Shown piece after piece: positions 56,615 to 64,000 of a stretch of DNA of 64,000 bases. Numbering within the stretch: position 1 is the stretch's first letter; each line of letters starts with the position of its first letter. Made by a program: the position numbers and the translations under genes. The DNA is from a virus. The DNA lies in IMG/VR virus record IMGVR_UViG_3300027969_003844, positions 41,200-105,199 of that record, one strand, 5' to 3'. The notes below the pieces were generated by a model. The model saw only the letters and a program-made list of their open reading frames with translations. It was not told the DNA's origin and did not search any database.

Positions 56615-56698
56615 TGGTGCCCCAGAGGAGACTCGAACTCCTACACCTCTCGATAGTGGCTTCTAAGACCACCGCGTCTACCATTCCGCCACCGGGGC
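56615..56698 (-). tRNA. tRNA-Leu(TAG)
   Basis: GCCCCGG...GTGGT-CT-TAG-AA-GCCAC, long variable arm, ACCA. Confidence 0.95.
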
Positions 56699-56704
56699 TA
56701 TATC

Positions 56705-56872
56705 TTACTTACGTGCTTCTCTTGGTTCTTTCTTGACAATAACCTCCGAAGCCATTTGCGCTTGGATCATCATACGCTTGAATGCGTTGCGCTCTGTTGC
56801 ATCTACAATACTGCACATGAAACGCTTTGTTTGCTTTTTTAATCTAAATGCTTTTCCTGGTGTTAATGTCAT
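56705..56872 (-). CDS. 55-aa basic hypothetical protein (MTLTPGKAFRLKKQTKR...), absent from the ORF track
   Basis: Open frame between two tRNAs. Confidence 0.65.
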   Translation of the reverse strand: MTLTPGKAFRLKKQTKRFMCSIVDATERNAFKRMMIQAQMASEVIVKKEPREARK

Positions 56873-56899
56873 ATGTTCTTTCAGTTAATTTAAAGATCT

Positions 56900-56989
56900 T
56901 GGCGGAGAGCCAGGGAGTCGAACCCTGTCAACCTTTTAAGGGGTTGTACGGATTAGCAATCCGCTGCCTTACCGTTCGGCCAGCTCTCC
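56900..56989 (-). tRNA. tRNA-Ser(GCT)
   Basis: GGAGAGC...GCGGA-TT-GCT-AA-TCCGT, long variable arm, GCCA; promoter TTGACA-N17-TACAAT at 57007-57035. Confidence 0.95.
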
Positions 56990-57021
56990 TATTTGCTAAT
57001 ATATCTATTGTACAATAGTTA

Positions 57022-57888
57022 TCATCTGTTGTCAACGACTTCTTGTGATTTAGGCAAAAAACTTGTAAAAGCTGAATATACAACTTCGTTGTCAAACTTA
57101 TGGTCCATTAACCATTGTATAGTACTGTGTATCCTTGTATCTTCTTCCACAAGGCTACGGTGATGAAATCCAAACAGAAATAATTTTACATCCGTTAAAT
57201 AATCATCTAAGTGTTCGGGCAGTGGCAACTGTTCAGTGTCCCAAAAAATTTGTACGTTTTTATGATTTTTGGAATCAGTGTAAACAACTGGCAATGTTTC
57301 TGAAAAATATCTGTACAGCATAAACTCAGATTGTGCACCAGATTTAAAATTTAAAAAGACGTTGTTGACATTGATTGCATTATGTAATTTTTGCATTGCT
57401 GCCATTCTAATTACAAACGGCGTTTCAGGATGCCAAAATATCATATCTTCGGTGGCTTGACCAGTTAGTTGTTTTACATAATCTAACCACGGATACCATT
57501 TGCCATCTTCAACATCTGGTACACAATGAGTATTGTTGCCTTCATATACTGGCCATTCTGCTAAATCAATTGGCTGTACAAAAAAGTTCTTGCTGTCAAG
57601 GCATAGATAACTGTCAATTTCTAAAATCTTGGATACATTTAATTTAATAATTTGTTGATGTACCCAACCTTCTACTGTTAAATCAGTATCTCGTGGGACA
57701 TTTATAATCCTTAAGGAGTGTTTTGTATAATACGGTGCTAGGTATTCATTCCATTGATCTGGAGACCATTCACTTGATTCAATCACTACCCAATGTGTGC
57801 AAGGTGAGGTCACAAACATATCAATGGAATGCGACTGCAACCTTTGCATTGCTTTATCACGATCGCAAGTAACTGTTAGAATGTCCAT
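57022..57888 (-). CDS. GT-A-like protein (DUF6492-like)
   Basis: GWVHQQIIKL, YLCLDSKNFFV, ETPFVI, SEFMLY. Confidence 0.65.
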   Translation of the reverse strand: MDILTVTCDRDKAMQRLQSHSIDMFVTSPCTHWVVIESSEWSPDQWNEYLAPYYTKHSLRIINVPRDTDLTVEGWVHQQIIKLNVSKILEIDSYLCLDSKNFFVQPIDLAEWPVYEGNNTHCVPDVEDGKWYPWLDYVKQLTGQATEDMIFWHPETPFVIRMAAMQKLHNAINVNNVFLNFKSGAQSEFMLYRYFSETLPVVYTDSKNHKNVQIFWDTEQLPLPEHLDDYLTDVKLFLFGFHHRSLVEEDTRIHSTIQWLMDHKFDNEVVYSAFTSFLPKSQEVVDNR

Positions 57889-57899
57889 GTTAGAATATT

Positions 57900-57924
57900 T
57901 GGTGGTATACTACCACGCTACACC
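57900..57924 (-). pseudogene. Possible tRNA relic or microhelix GGTGTA-GCGTGGTAG-TATACC-ACCA
   Basis: 6-bp acceptor-like stem ending ACCA; flanks resemble those of tRNA-Cys. Confidence 0.3.
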
Positions 57925-57956
57925 TGTTTTAAAATCAGAACAATTATCCCAATGGA

Positions 57957-58166
57957 TCAAGTATTGGTTTTACCCCAGCTAATTCTATTCCATACACGTT
58001 CATGCAACCAGAACAGGCAAATCTTTGTCATAATCTCAGTTAAGGCAATGCCACTGGCCAGTAATAGTTGGCCAGTGATAAGCCATGAAATTATAAAAGT
58101 ATCAATGGTTCCGGTAACTCTCCAGCTGACTGCTTTGGCAAGGCTACGAACTGAAGAGTCGCTCAT
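57957..58166 (-). CDS. DUF2061-like small membrane protein
   Basis: RSLAKAVSWRVTGT, HERVWNRISWG. Confidence 0.85.
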   Translation of the reverse strand: MSDSSVRSLAKAVSWRVTGTIDTFIISWLITGQLLLASGIALTEIMTKICLFWLHERVWNRISWGKTNT

Positions 58167-59023
58167 TATGATAGCCCCAATGACTTTCTAATTTTTGTGG
58201 CCGAAATATCAGTGATGCTTTCGTCAAATGTTTCTTCACCACTTGTATATCCAACACCGCGACCCCATCCGATGTGTACAATGTTAGGTACTACCTGAAT
58301 TTCGTATTGTCCTTGGTATAATGGATCTAAGTCACGTTTGATAAACCCCTTGACCTGGTCAATGGCAAACGGATTACTTCCTTGCCATCCTTGCACGTCT
58401 CGAACCTGAATAACAACTTGTCCAGTCTTGGCAATTAGTCGTTCAAACAATGCGCGATGACCTGGATGCCATGGTTGCCAACGACCTAGCATTTGAACAG
58501 TTTCTTTCTTCCAATCAAACGCTGGTCTACGACGATTGTAAAGAATATGATCGCCAACAAACTCTACCCACTTTTCTGCATTTTGTTCCGTAATACGGAA
58601 ATCATATACTTCCGGTGGAATAAATGCCTTATTTGTATCATCAAAGCGGCCAGATTCAATTGTGTCAATCCAAATTGTCCAATCTGCTTTAAAATTATTA
58701 CGCATTTCTACAAGGGGTGCAACAAAGTCACAGATAACATAATCATCTGTACAAGCAAGTGCAAAGTCAAGCATTCGAATACTCTGACGAATACGACCTT
58801 CTTTGCTAAAGTCCCAGTCATTAAAACGCTTTCTAACTTCATCTGCATTGAACCAATCAACTTTGGAACTATAACTTGACGGCGCAGTTTCCATGGTGCT
58901 TGCTCGCCATAATGGCATTGTTGCCAATGATGAATTGACTTCTAAATACTTTTTCAGCCGTTCTGAGAAATAAGTTTTTCCAGACCCGGGCAATCCCATA
59001 ACTAAAATTCGTGTTGCTGACAT
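58166..59023 (-). CDS. cysC: Adenylylsulfate kinase fused to an HxGH nucleotidyltransferase domain
   Basis: MGLPGSGKT, NADEVR, DFSKEGRIRQ, DFVAP; GRWQPWHPGH; ISATKIR. Confidence 0.78.
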   Translation of the reverse strand: MSATRILVMGLPGSGKTYFSERLKKYLEVNSSLATMPLWRASTMETAPSSYSSKVDWFNADEVRKRFNDWDFSKEGRIRQSIRMLDFALACTDDYVICDFVAPLVEMRNNFKADWTIWIDTIESGRFDDTNKAFIPPEVYDFRITEQNAEKWVEFVGDHILYNRRRPAFDWKKETVQMLGRWQPWHPGHRALFERLIAKTGQVVIQVRDVQGWQGSNPFAIDQVKGFIKRDLDPLYQGQYEIQVVPNIVHIGWGRGVGYTSGEETFDESITDISATKIRKSLGLS

Positions 59024-59052
59024 ATAATATATCCTTTAATTATAAAAATAGT

Positions 59053-59763
59053 TTACTCGGGTAAACTGGCAATGTTAGTCCCAAAGTAAATGCGAACCAT
59101 TTCTTCCATTTCTGCATAATTAGAAAATATTTCTTTATAATTGAAATGAGTTTCTAACATTTCTGTACGTGCATTTGGTAAATTATCAGCCACCCACTGC
59201 GGGGAATCTTCGTAATAAATTATCTTTACTGGAAGTCCTTTGTTCTTAATATAAGAATGTATAAATCTCAATTTAAGCATGTCCAGATCAGTTCCATTAA
59301 ATCGCTTGATATCTGTCACAGGATCAAATGCAAAGCTTCCAGGACCTGGATTGGTTGGAATTGTGTCATCTGTGTATTTGTATACAAAAGCATTCTTACG
59401 AAATGCAACAGATAAACTGCACAATTGGTCTACGATGTTTTTTCGCATTGTGATATAAATCTGATCATACATATCAAACCCAAAATGTTCTAGCTTTTTT
59501 AAATCAGTGACATCTAACTTGTGGCCAACAACATTTGAAGTTTGTATTTTACAAACAAAACCAATGGTAGTTTCTCGCAATGTTTCTGTTATCTTTTCTG
59601 CTGACGCGGCAAACTGTCCAAGACGTTTACCACCTTCGCCTGCAAGAGATCTATACGCTGGTGCATACGGTTCTCCTCGGTTTCTCATGCCATGATGTGT
59701 TGCCAGGCATGAAGCCAAATAATTTGATCGTGATCTAGGTTGACCGATAACTAATATTTTCAT
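59053..59763 (-). CDS. Sulfotransferase-like protein (Stf0-like)
   Basis: IGQPRSRSNYL 5'-PSB-like loop, E-P, RKNIVDQLCS, IYYED. Confidence 0.7.
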   Translation of the reverse strand: MKILVIGQPRSRSNYLASCLATHHGMRNRGEPYAPAYRSLAGEGGKRLGQFAASAEKITETLRETTIGFVCKIQTSNVVGHKLDVTDLKKLEHFGFDMYDQIYITMRKNIVDQLCSLSVAFRKNAFVYKYTDDTIPTNPGPGSFAFDPVTDIKRFNGTDLDMLKLRFIHSYIKNKGLPVKIIYYEDSPQWVADNLPNARTEMLETHFNYKEIFSNYAEMEEMVRIYFGTNIASLPE

Positions 59764-59878
59764 AGTGATACTTATACAGTTGAAGTTTGAGTGAAGTGAC
59801 CAAAATGCTGTGACTCTATAACATTCGTATTATGTAAATGTTCAATTTTGTTTTTAAATATTTCAAAGGAGTAAAGCA

Positions 59879-60136
59879 ATGACAGATGCTGAATTTTTTA
59901 GAGAATACATTAATATTGTTAACGAAGCATTAATGAAAGAAATGTGGAATACAGCCACTAATGTTGCTCCAGAAGAGCGGGGGAAATACAAAGGTAAAAC
60001 AAAGGACGAATTGCTTAAGATGTATAATGCACTTAAAAAGTCAGGTCCTCATAAAAAAGATTCTACAGAATATGGACGTATGCGAGAGCTAGCATTTGCA
60101 ATAAGAGCCAAAAGCGATTGGGGTAAAGTAGAATAA
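59879..60136 (+). CDS. Small late protein, possible internal virion protein
   Basis: TAAATA upstream, AAGGAG RBS; N-terminal IVNE/LMKE resemble T4-type prohead protease sites. Confidence 0.65.
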   Translation: MTDAEFFREYINIVNEALMKEMWNTATNVAPEERGKYKGKTKDELLKMYNALKKSGPHKKDSTEYGRMRELAFAIRAKSDWGKVE

Positions 60137-60137
60137 A

Positions 60138-60881
60138 TTACTTTTCTACAAATGCACGTTCAATTACAAATTGACCAGGCTCTCGTACACTACCTTCTAT
60201 CATGCCTGCTGCCTTGCACCAATCAGCAACCTGATGGTTAAATTCTATATTACCGCATACCATAACTTTATCACTGGCCGGATTAATTTTTAATTGTCCA
60301 GTCTCAAGTTGTGCAACAATCCTAGGATTTCCTTGTCCAGTTAGCACTGGATGATATTCCAGTACGGCAGCTACCATGTCATGCAATTCTCCATCAGTTG
60401 GATGGTCTTTAAATGCTGATGATAATTCTTCTTTGTATGCTAAGTCGTTGGTATTACGAACGCTATGCACAATATGAATCTTGTCCCATGTTTCTAATGT
60501 TTCTAAATCTCGAATCAAACTTAAAAATGGTGCAAGCCCGGTGCCCGTGGCCAACATCCACAAGTCACCACCTTTGTATAAGGCACTGTTGACCAGCGTA
60601 CCTGTTGTTTTTGGCATGATCACAACTTCATCACCTGCTTGGACATGCTGTAGTTTGCTGGTAAGTTCTCCGTCTGTGAGTTTAATACTTAAAAACTCTA
60701 GTTCTTCAGACCACGGAGGGCTTACTACACTGTAGGCTCTAATAACTCTTTTACCATTGATTACTAGTCCAATCATAGCAAACTCACCAGCAACAAATCT
60801 AAATGATGTATTGCGAGTGCATTTAAAACTAAATGTACGATCACTCCAGTGATGTACCCATGTAACTTTTTCCGTTAGCAC
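60138..60881 (-). CDS. fpr: Ferredoxin (flavodoxin)-NADP+ reductase
   Basis: HHW...FSF, RAYS, GELTS, ATGTGLAPF, MVCG, ERAFVEK C-terminus. Confidence 0.93.
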   Translation of the reverse strand: MLTEKVTWVHHWSDRTFSFKCTRNTSFRFVAGEFAMIGLVINGKRVIRAYSVVSPPWSEELEFLSIKLTDGELTSKLQHVQAGDEVVIMPKTTGTLVNSALYKGGDLWMLATGTGLAPFLSLIRDLETLETWDKIHIVHSVRNTNDLAYKEELSSAFKDHPTDGELHDMVAAVLEYHPVLTGQGNPRIVAQLETGQLKINPASDKVMVCGNIEFNHQVADWCKAAGMIEGSVREPGQFVIERAFVEK

Positions 60882-60894
60882 TATTTTTCCAATT

Positions 60895-60986
60895 TGGCGG
60901 AAGCGGTGAGATTCGAACTCACGGGACCTTTTAAAGTCCGACAGTTTTCAAGACTGTTGCAATAAACCGGGCTCTGCCACGCTTCC
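60895..60986 (-). tRNA. tRNA-Ser(TGA)
   Basis: GGAAGCG...ACAGT-CT-TGA-AA-ACTGT, long variable arm, GCCA. Confidence 0.95.
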
Positions 60987-61073
60987 AATATACTATATAT
61001 CTTCCTTGACCACACAAAGTAATCCTATACCATTGTCGTAGTCAAAATATCAATAACCATTCTAAATAAAAGT

Positions 61074-61280
61074 ATGAACACTTTACAACTTTTTATCAAC
61101 CAAAGACTCTGGAAAGAAGTCAACACCACAGTAGATGCTAACGGTAACTACGACTTTGCACCTGCAATTGCAGAAATTACAAAGGCTCAACAAAGCTCAG
61201 ATTTTTTACAATTTGCAGTTCGTCGACCATTAGATTTAGTGTCAATTGAAATACGACCAGTCTTTACATCAACTTACTGA
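61074..61280 (+). CDS. Hypothetical protein, probably leaderless late
   Basis: TAAATA (61063-61068) 5 nt before the ATG. Confidence 0.55.
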   Translation: MNTLQLFINQRLWKEVNTTVDANGNYDFAPAIAEITKAQQSSDFLQFAVRRPLDLVSIEIRPVFTSTY

Positions 61281-61332
61281 TACAGGCAAATGACCGTGCC
61301 CAATAATTGGGTGCTTTGACCAATGGCTTGAA

Positions 61333-61557
61333 TTATAAGTTACGACCAATGCTACGCCAGAAAAACTCGCGTAGTTCCTCGTCAATATTCTGATTCAGAC
61401 CACATTTTTGATACATCTTTTCAATCAGTTGTCGTAGTTCTTCAGGATGGTTCATTTCAAGTTGAATTCCACGACGTTCTAATTCTTCAATCAGATCATC
61501 GTCAGCGAAATCATCAAGGTCAACATCCACTTCGACTTCTGTGTATATAGTTGGCAT
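61333..61557 (-). CDS. Conserved phage hypothetical protein (VEVDVDL.DF.DDDLIEELE.RG)
   Basis: AAGGAG RBS; promoter TTGACA-N17-TATACT at 61590-61618. Confidence 0.75.
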   Translation of the reverse strand: MPTIYTEVEVDVDLDDFADDDLIEELERRGIQLEMNHPEELRQLIEKMYQKCGLNQNIDEELREFFWRSIGRNL

Positions 61558-61686
61558 TATATAACTCCTTAAATTTGCTTACAGCGCACAGTATAACCTA
61601 TAATGATTGAGTTGTCAAGAAGTTTTTTCTTTATATACAATAAATATAAGATATACGCTAGTATACAAATTTAGGAAATTTGTTAA

Positions 61687-62403
61687 ATGTCTTCATTTAT
61701 TATTGGTATTCGTAATTCATCAACAGTTGTGTCGGATGCACAAGTCATGGCGGCTGTGGCAGCCATACAGATACAAATCGACGAGCATTGGGAACCAGCT
61801 TGGAAGTTGTCGGCCAAATTAAGAATTATGTCTACTGCACAAATGAGTAGAAAATTAGGAAGAAGTAATCCTAACTTTTGGATCATTGAGATTTTAGATA
61901 CATCTGACTCGCCGGGCGCACTTGGATACCACAGCGAAAAAAGAAATGGCGTTCCATATGGGCGTGTGTTTGCAAAAACATGTATTGACAGCGGATATAG
62001 CTGGACTGTTACATTAAGTCACGAAGTATTAGAAATGATTGCTGACCCGTATGTTAACTTACTGGCAACACCAACTGATGCAAACAATCATTATCTATAT
62101 GCATACGAAGTTGGAGATCCAGTTGAGTCTGATGCATCCGGCTATACCATTAGTGCTCTTGGACAAAATGTGCTGGTAAGTAACTTTGTTCTTCCCGGTT
62201 GGTTTGACAGTCTTAGCACAGGACCATATGATTATCGTAATCAATTGACAGGACCTTTCCAAGTTCAATCTTCAGGCTATGCCATGGTGTTGGATTTGGG
62301 TAACAAAAAAATCAAATGGGTTGCAATTCGAAGCGATGGCACAACAACTGAACATATCGACGAAGACCTTGCTACCATTGAACGTTTCCGCAGAATTAGA
62401 TAA
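61687..62403 (+). CDS. Putative metallopeptidase-like protein (HExxE type)
   Basis: GALGYH, TLSHEVLEMIADP, YEVGDPVE, VSNFVLP.WF. Confidence 0.65.
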   Translation: MSSFIIGIRNSSTVVSDAQVMAAVAAIQIQIDEHWEPAWKLSAKLRIMSTAQMSRKLGRSNPNFWIIEILDTSDSPGALGYHSEKRNGVPYGRVFAKTCIDSGYSWTVTLSHEVLEMIADPYVNLLATPTDANNHYLYAYEVGDPVESDASGYTISALGQNVLVSNFVLPGWFDSLSTGPYDYRNQLTGPFQVQSSGYAMVLDLGNKKIKWVAIRSDGTTTEHIDEDLATIERFRRIR

Positions 62404-63311
62404 TGAGCAAAATTAACATTGTATCTCTTGGCGGATGCTTGCCGCTGGACATATTAAAATGCGACACAATGTTTTATGAAAAATACAATATAGCAGGTAA
62501 CTATCTTGGTTCTATATCTAGGACCACAATTGGTCCCGGAAAAATAGCTAATAGACTAGAAGAGGACATGTACGGTAAAGATATACCTATTAGGGAACGT
62601 CGTCAGATTAATCTTGTTACTAAAAATTTTACTCCAGCAAGTATATTAGAAAGACAATTTTCCAGTGATACAGTGATACTGGTTGATGTCAGTTACGAAA
62701 TTGCTAATTTTTATTTTGACGGAGATGAAATTTTTGATTTAAAAAAATTTGATAGAAACGTTATGCCAGCATGGTTTGGAGAAACAGTTGATCGTGGTAT
62801 TCATTCGTACGACAATGGCAGTAAAGAGTTAGCAATGTTTCAATATCATGCATTAAATGAAGTTAGTAACAAACTGGTTGCTAAAAACATTCCGGTGATA
62901 TTTTTTGACAACTTCTTTAGTAAGCATCTATATAATATTGAAACAAACAGTGTTGCAACAATTATTTCGCTAGTTGCTGGGAAATCGCCTTTTAAACGTG
63001 GATTTAAAAAAGCAACAGGCCGAAATGTAGTAACTTACGCAGACGAGCTAGAATTGTTTGATTATTCAACTCGGGTCATTGATAAGTTTTACGCACATTT
63101 TAAACAATCTATACCCAAAGATTTCAAGATGTTTTCAGCAAACTCAAATTCTTTGTTTTCTGATCCAACTCATCATTATGGATATCATCCTGCACACCTG
63201 CATCGTACCTGCAGAGAAATGCTACTAGAGCCGTTGACAAACGTAATACATCAAGCAATTGCAGAACATAATGTTCGTCAACTACGATCTAATTTGGTAG
63301 CCTCACTGTGA
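62403..63311 (+). CDS. Hypothetical protein, SGNH/DUF6270-like
   Basis: N-terminal LGGC..LD, C-terminal SDPTHHYGYHPAHL. Confidence 0.55.
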   Translation: MSKINIVSLGGCLPLDILKCDTMFYEKYNIAGNYLGSISRTTIGPGKIANRLEEDMYGKDIPIRERRQINLVTKNFTPASILERQFSSDTVILVDVSYEIANFYFDGDEIFDLKKFDRNVMPAWFGETVDRGIHSYDNGSKELAMFQYHALNEVSNKLVAKNIPVIFFDNFFSKHLYNIETNSVATIISLVAGKSPFKRGFKKATGRNVVTYADELELFDYSTRVIDKFYAHFKQSIPKDFKMFSANSNSLFSDPTHHYGYHPAHLHRTCREMLLEPLTNVIHQAIAEHNVRQLRSNLVASL

Positions 63312-63371
63312 CTCGAACACAGGACCCTTGCCTTATCAAGACAATGCTCTAACCAACTGAGCTATGAGGCT
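63295..63371 (-). tRNA. tRNA-Ile(GAT)
   Basis: AGCCTCA TAGCTCAG...TTGTC-TT-GAT-AA-GGCAA...GTTCGAG...TGAGGCT ACCA. Confidence 0.95.
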
Positions 63372-63432
63372 GTAATATAATTTATGCAAGGTTTACTCTG
63401 GCTGTAAACCATTGCTCATTTCTTTAATGATA

Positions 63433-63627
63433 TTATCCACTGATACTGTCAAAGTGTCCAAGTTGACGCAATAGACCAGCAGTAACAGAAAGATCTGGAT
63501 GAGGATCACGATCACTGTATCCTTCTGTACGCATACATGTAACAAGATACGTGTGTAATGCACGTTTAAGGACTGCAATGTCTTCTGTGCTAAATGATTC
63601 TTTGTTGATTTCAGTTGTCATGTACAT
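63433..63627 (-). CDS. Hypothetical protein
   Basis: 64 aa with AAGGA RBS. Confidence 0.6.
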   Translation of the reverse strand: MYMTTEINKESFSTEDIAVLKRALHTYLVTCMRTEGYSDRDPHPDLSVTAGLLRQLGHFDSISG

Positions 63628-63737
63628 AATTTTTCCTTTGTCAGTTAGAAGTCATCCTAACAGTTAATGTCTTATATAGTAAACTATAATATAGCAAAGG
63701 TCAACCAAAAAGTTTCAAATTTTAAAATTATTTTTAA

Positions 63738-63815
63738 TGGAGTAGGGAGTCGGATTTGAACCGACGGTTTTACGGATTTGCAATCCGTTGCATTGGGCCA
63801 CTCTGCCATCCCTAC
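63738..63815 (-). tRNA. tRNA-Cys(GCA)
   Basis: GTAGGGA...ACGGA-TT-GCA-AA-TCCGT...GGTTCAAATCC...TCCCTAC TCCA. Confidence 0.95.
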
Positions 63816-63841
63816 AGTGTTTTAAAATGAGTTACAAGATA

Positions 63842-63872
63842 TTGACAATCGTATATAGTTGTAGTATAAATA
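63842..63872 (+). promoter_or_regulatory. tmRNA promoter: TTGACA-N17-TATAAA overlapping T4-late TATAAATA
   Basis: -35 63842-63847; TATAAATA 63865-63872. Confidence 0.7.
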
Positions 63873-63877
63873 TAAGT

Positions 63878-64000
63878 TATTGCTGTATGAAGCCGATAAA
63901 AATGGATTCAAGACGCGGGTTCGACTCCCGCCACCTCCACCTAAGTGTATAAGGTATATTTAGGTGGGGGTGACCAGGCTATCGATTGGGTCAGAAGTAT
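63878..64000 (+). ncRNA. ssrA: Circularly permuted (two-piece) tmRNA, truncated by the window end; 5' boundary approximate
   Basis: GAC + T-arm GCGGG-TTCGACT-CCCGC + CACCTCC-A-CC (63912-63941) lies BEFORE the 5' strand GGGGGTG-ACCAGGCTATCGA (63966 onward); G3.U70 pair; P2 helix GATTCAA/TTGGGTC. Confidence 0.85.

Noticed and set aside
63912-63942. A seventh tRNA on the plus strand
   Set aside because: No D-arm or anticodon arm upstream; the pairing 5' strand lies downstream, which fits a permuted tmRNA
1-64000. CRISPR array
   Set aside because: No regularly spaced 25-45-bp direct repeats seen; the recurrent motifs are promoter elements separated by genes
1-64000. Alternative genetic code (TAG or TGA recoding, as in some huge phages)
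   Set aside because: Conserved proteins are full length in the standard code, TAG and TGA end genes at expected positions, and no suppressor tRNA is present
1-64000. Bacterial chromosome segment, given clpX/clpP/iscU/apt/fpr/rpsU
   Set aside because: These genes are out of their bacterial operons and lie among phage-type hypotheticals, T4-late-like motifs and a phage-type ATP-dependent ligase

Overview
This is a 64-kb, AT-rich, gene-dense segment, mostly on the minus strand, that reads as part of a large (jumbo/huge) tailed dsDNA phage using the standard genetic code. Evidence for a phage: many short phage-type hypotheticals behind near-consensus sigma70 promoters, T4-late-like TAARTA motifs, an ATP-dependent DNA ligase, six tRNAs, and isolated host-like genes out of their bacterial operon context (rpsU, clpS, clpX, clpP, ibpA, iscU, iscA, fpr, apt, pfs-like, cysC-like). 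The host is probably proteobacterial (inference). The dominant feature is a ~21-kb tailoring island (15408-36598). It holds 10 radical-SAM genes (12 in the window), a carbamoyltransferase, a 2OG-Fe(II) oxygenase, an SGNH protein, three paralogs of an uncharacterised His/Glu-motif domain, and a 33-aa ...DPFIY peptide. Its first gene sits behind a hairpin/late-promoter switch. Genes elsewhere in the window could support this chemistry: Fe-S assembly (IscU/IscA), electron supply (Fpr), 5'-deoxyadenosine removal and adenine salvage (Pfs + Apt), a PAPS/sulfotransferase module and glycosyltransferase-like genes. Other highlights are a circularly permuted tmRNA at the right edge together with ClpXP, a PlcP/Agt-like lipid-remodelling pair, a ROSE-like RNA thermometer, a phased palindromic promoter box, leaderless mRNAs and an overlapping-frame gene pair. 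All protein calls are from motif recognition by eye; no database search was run.
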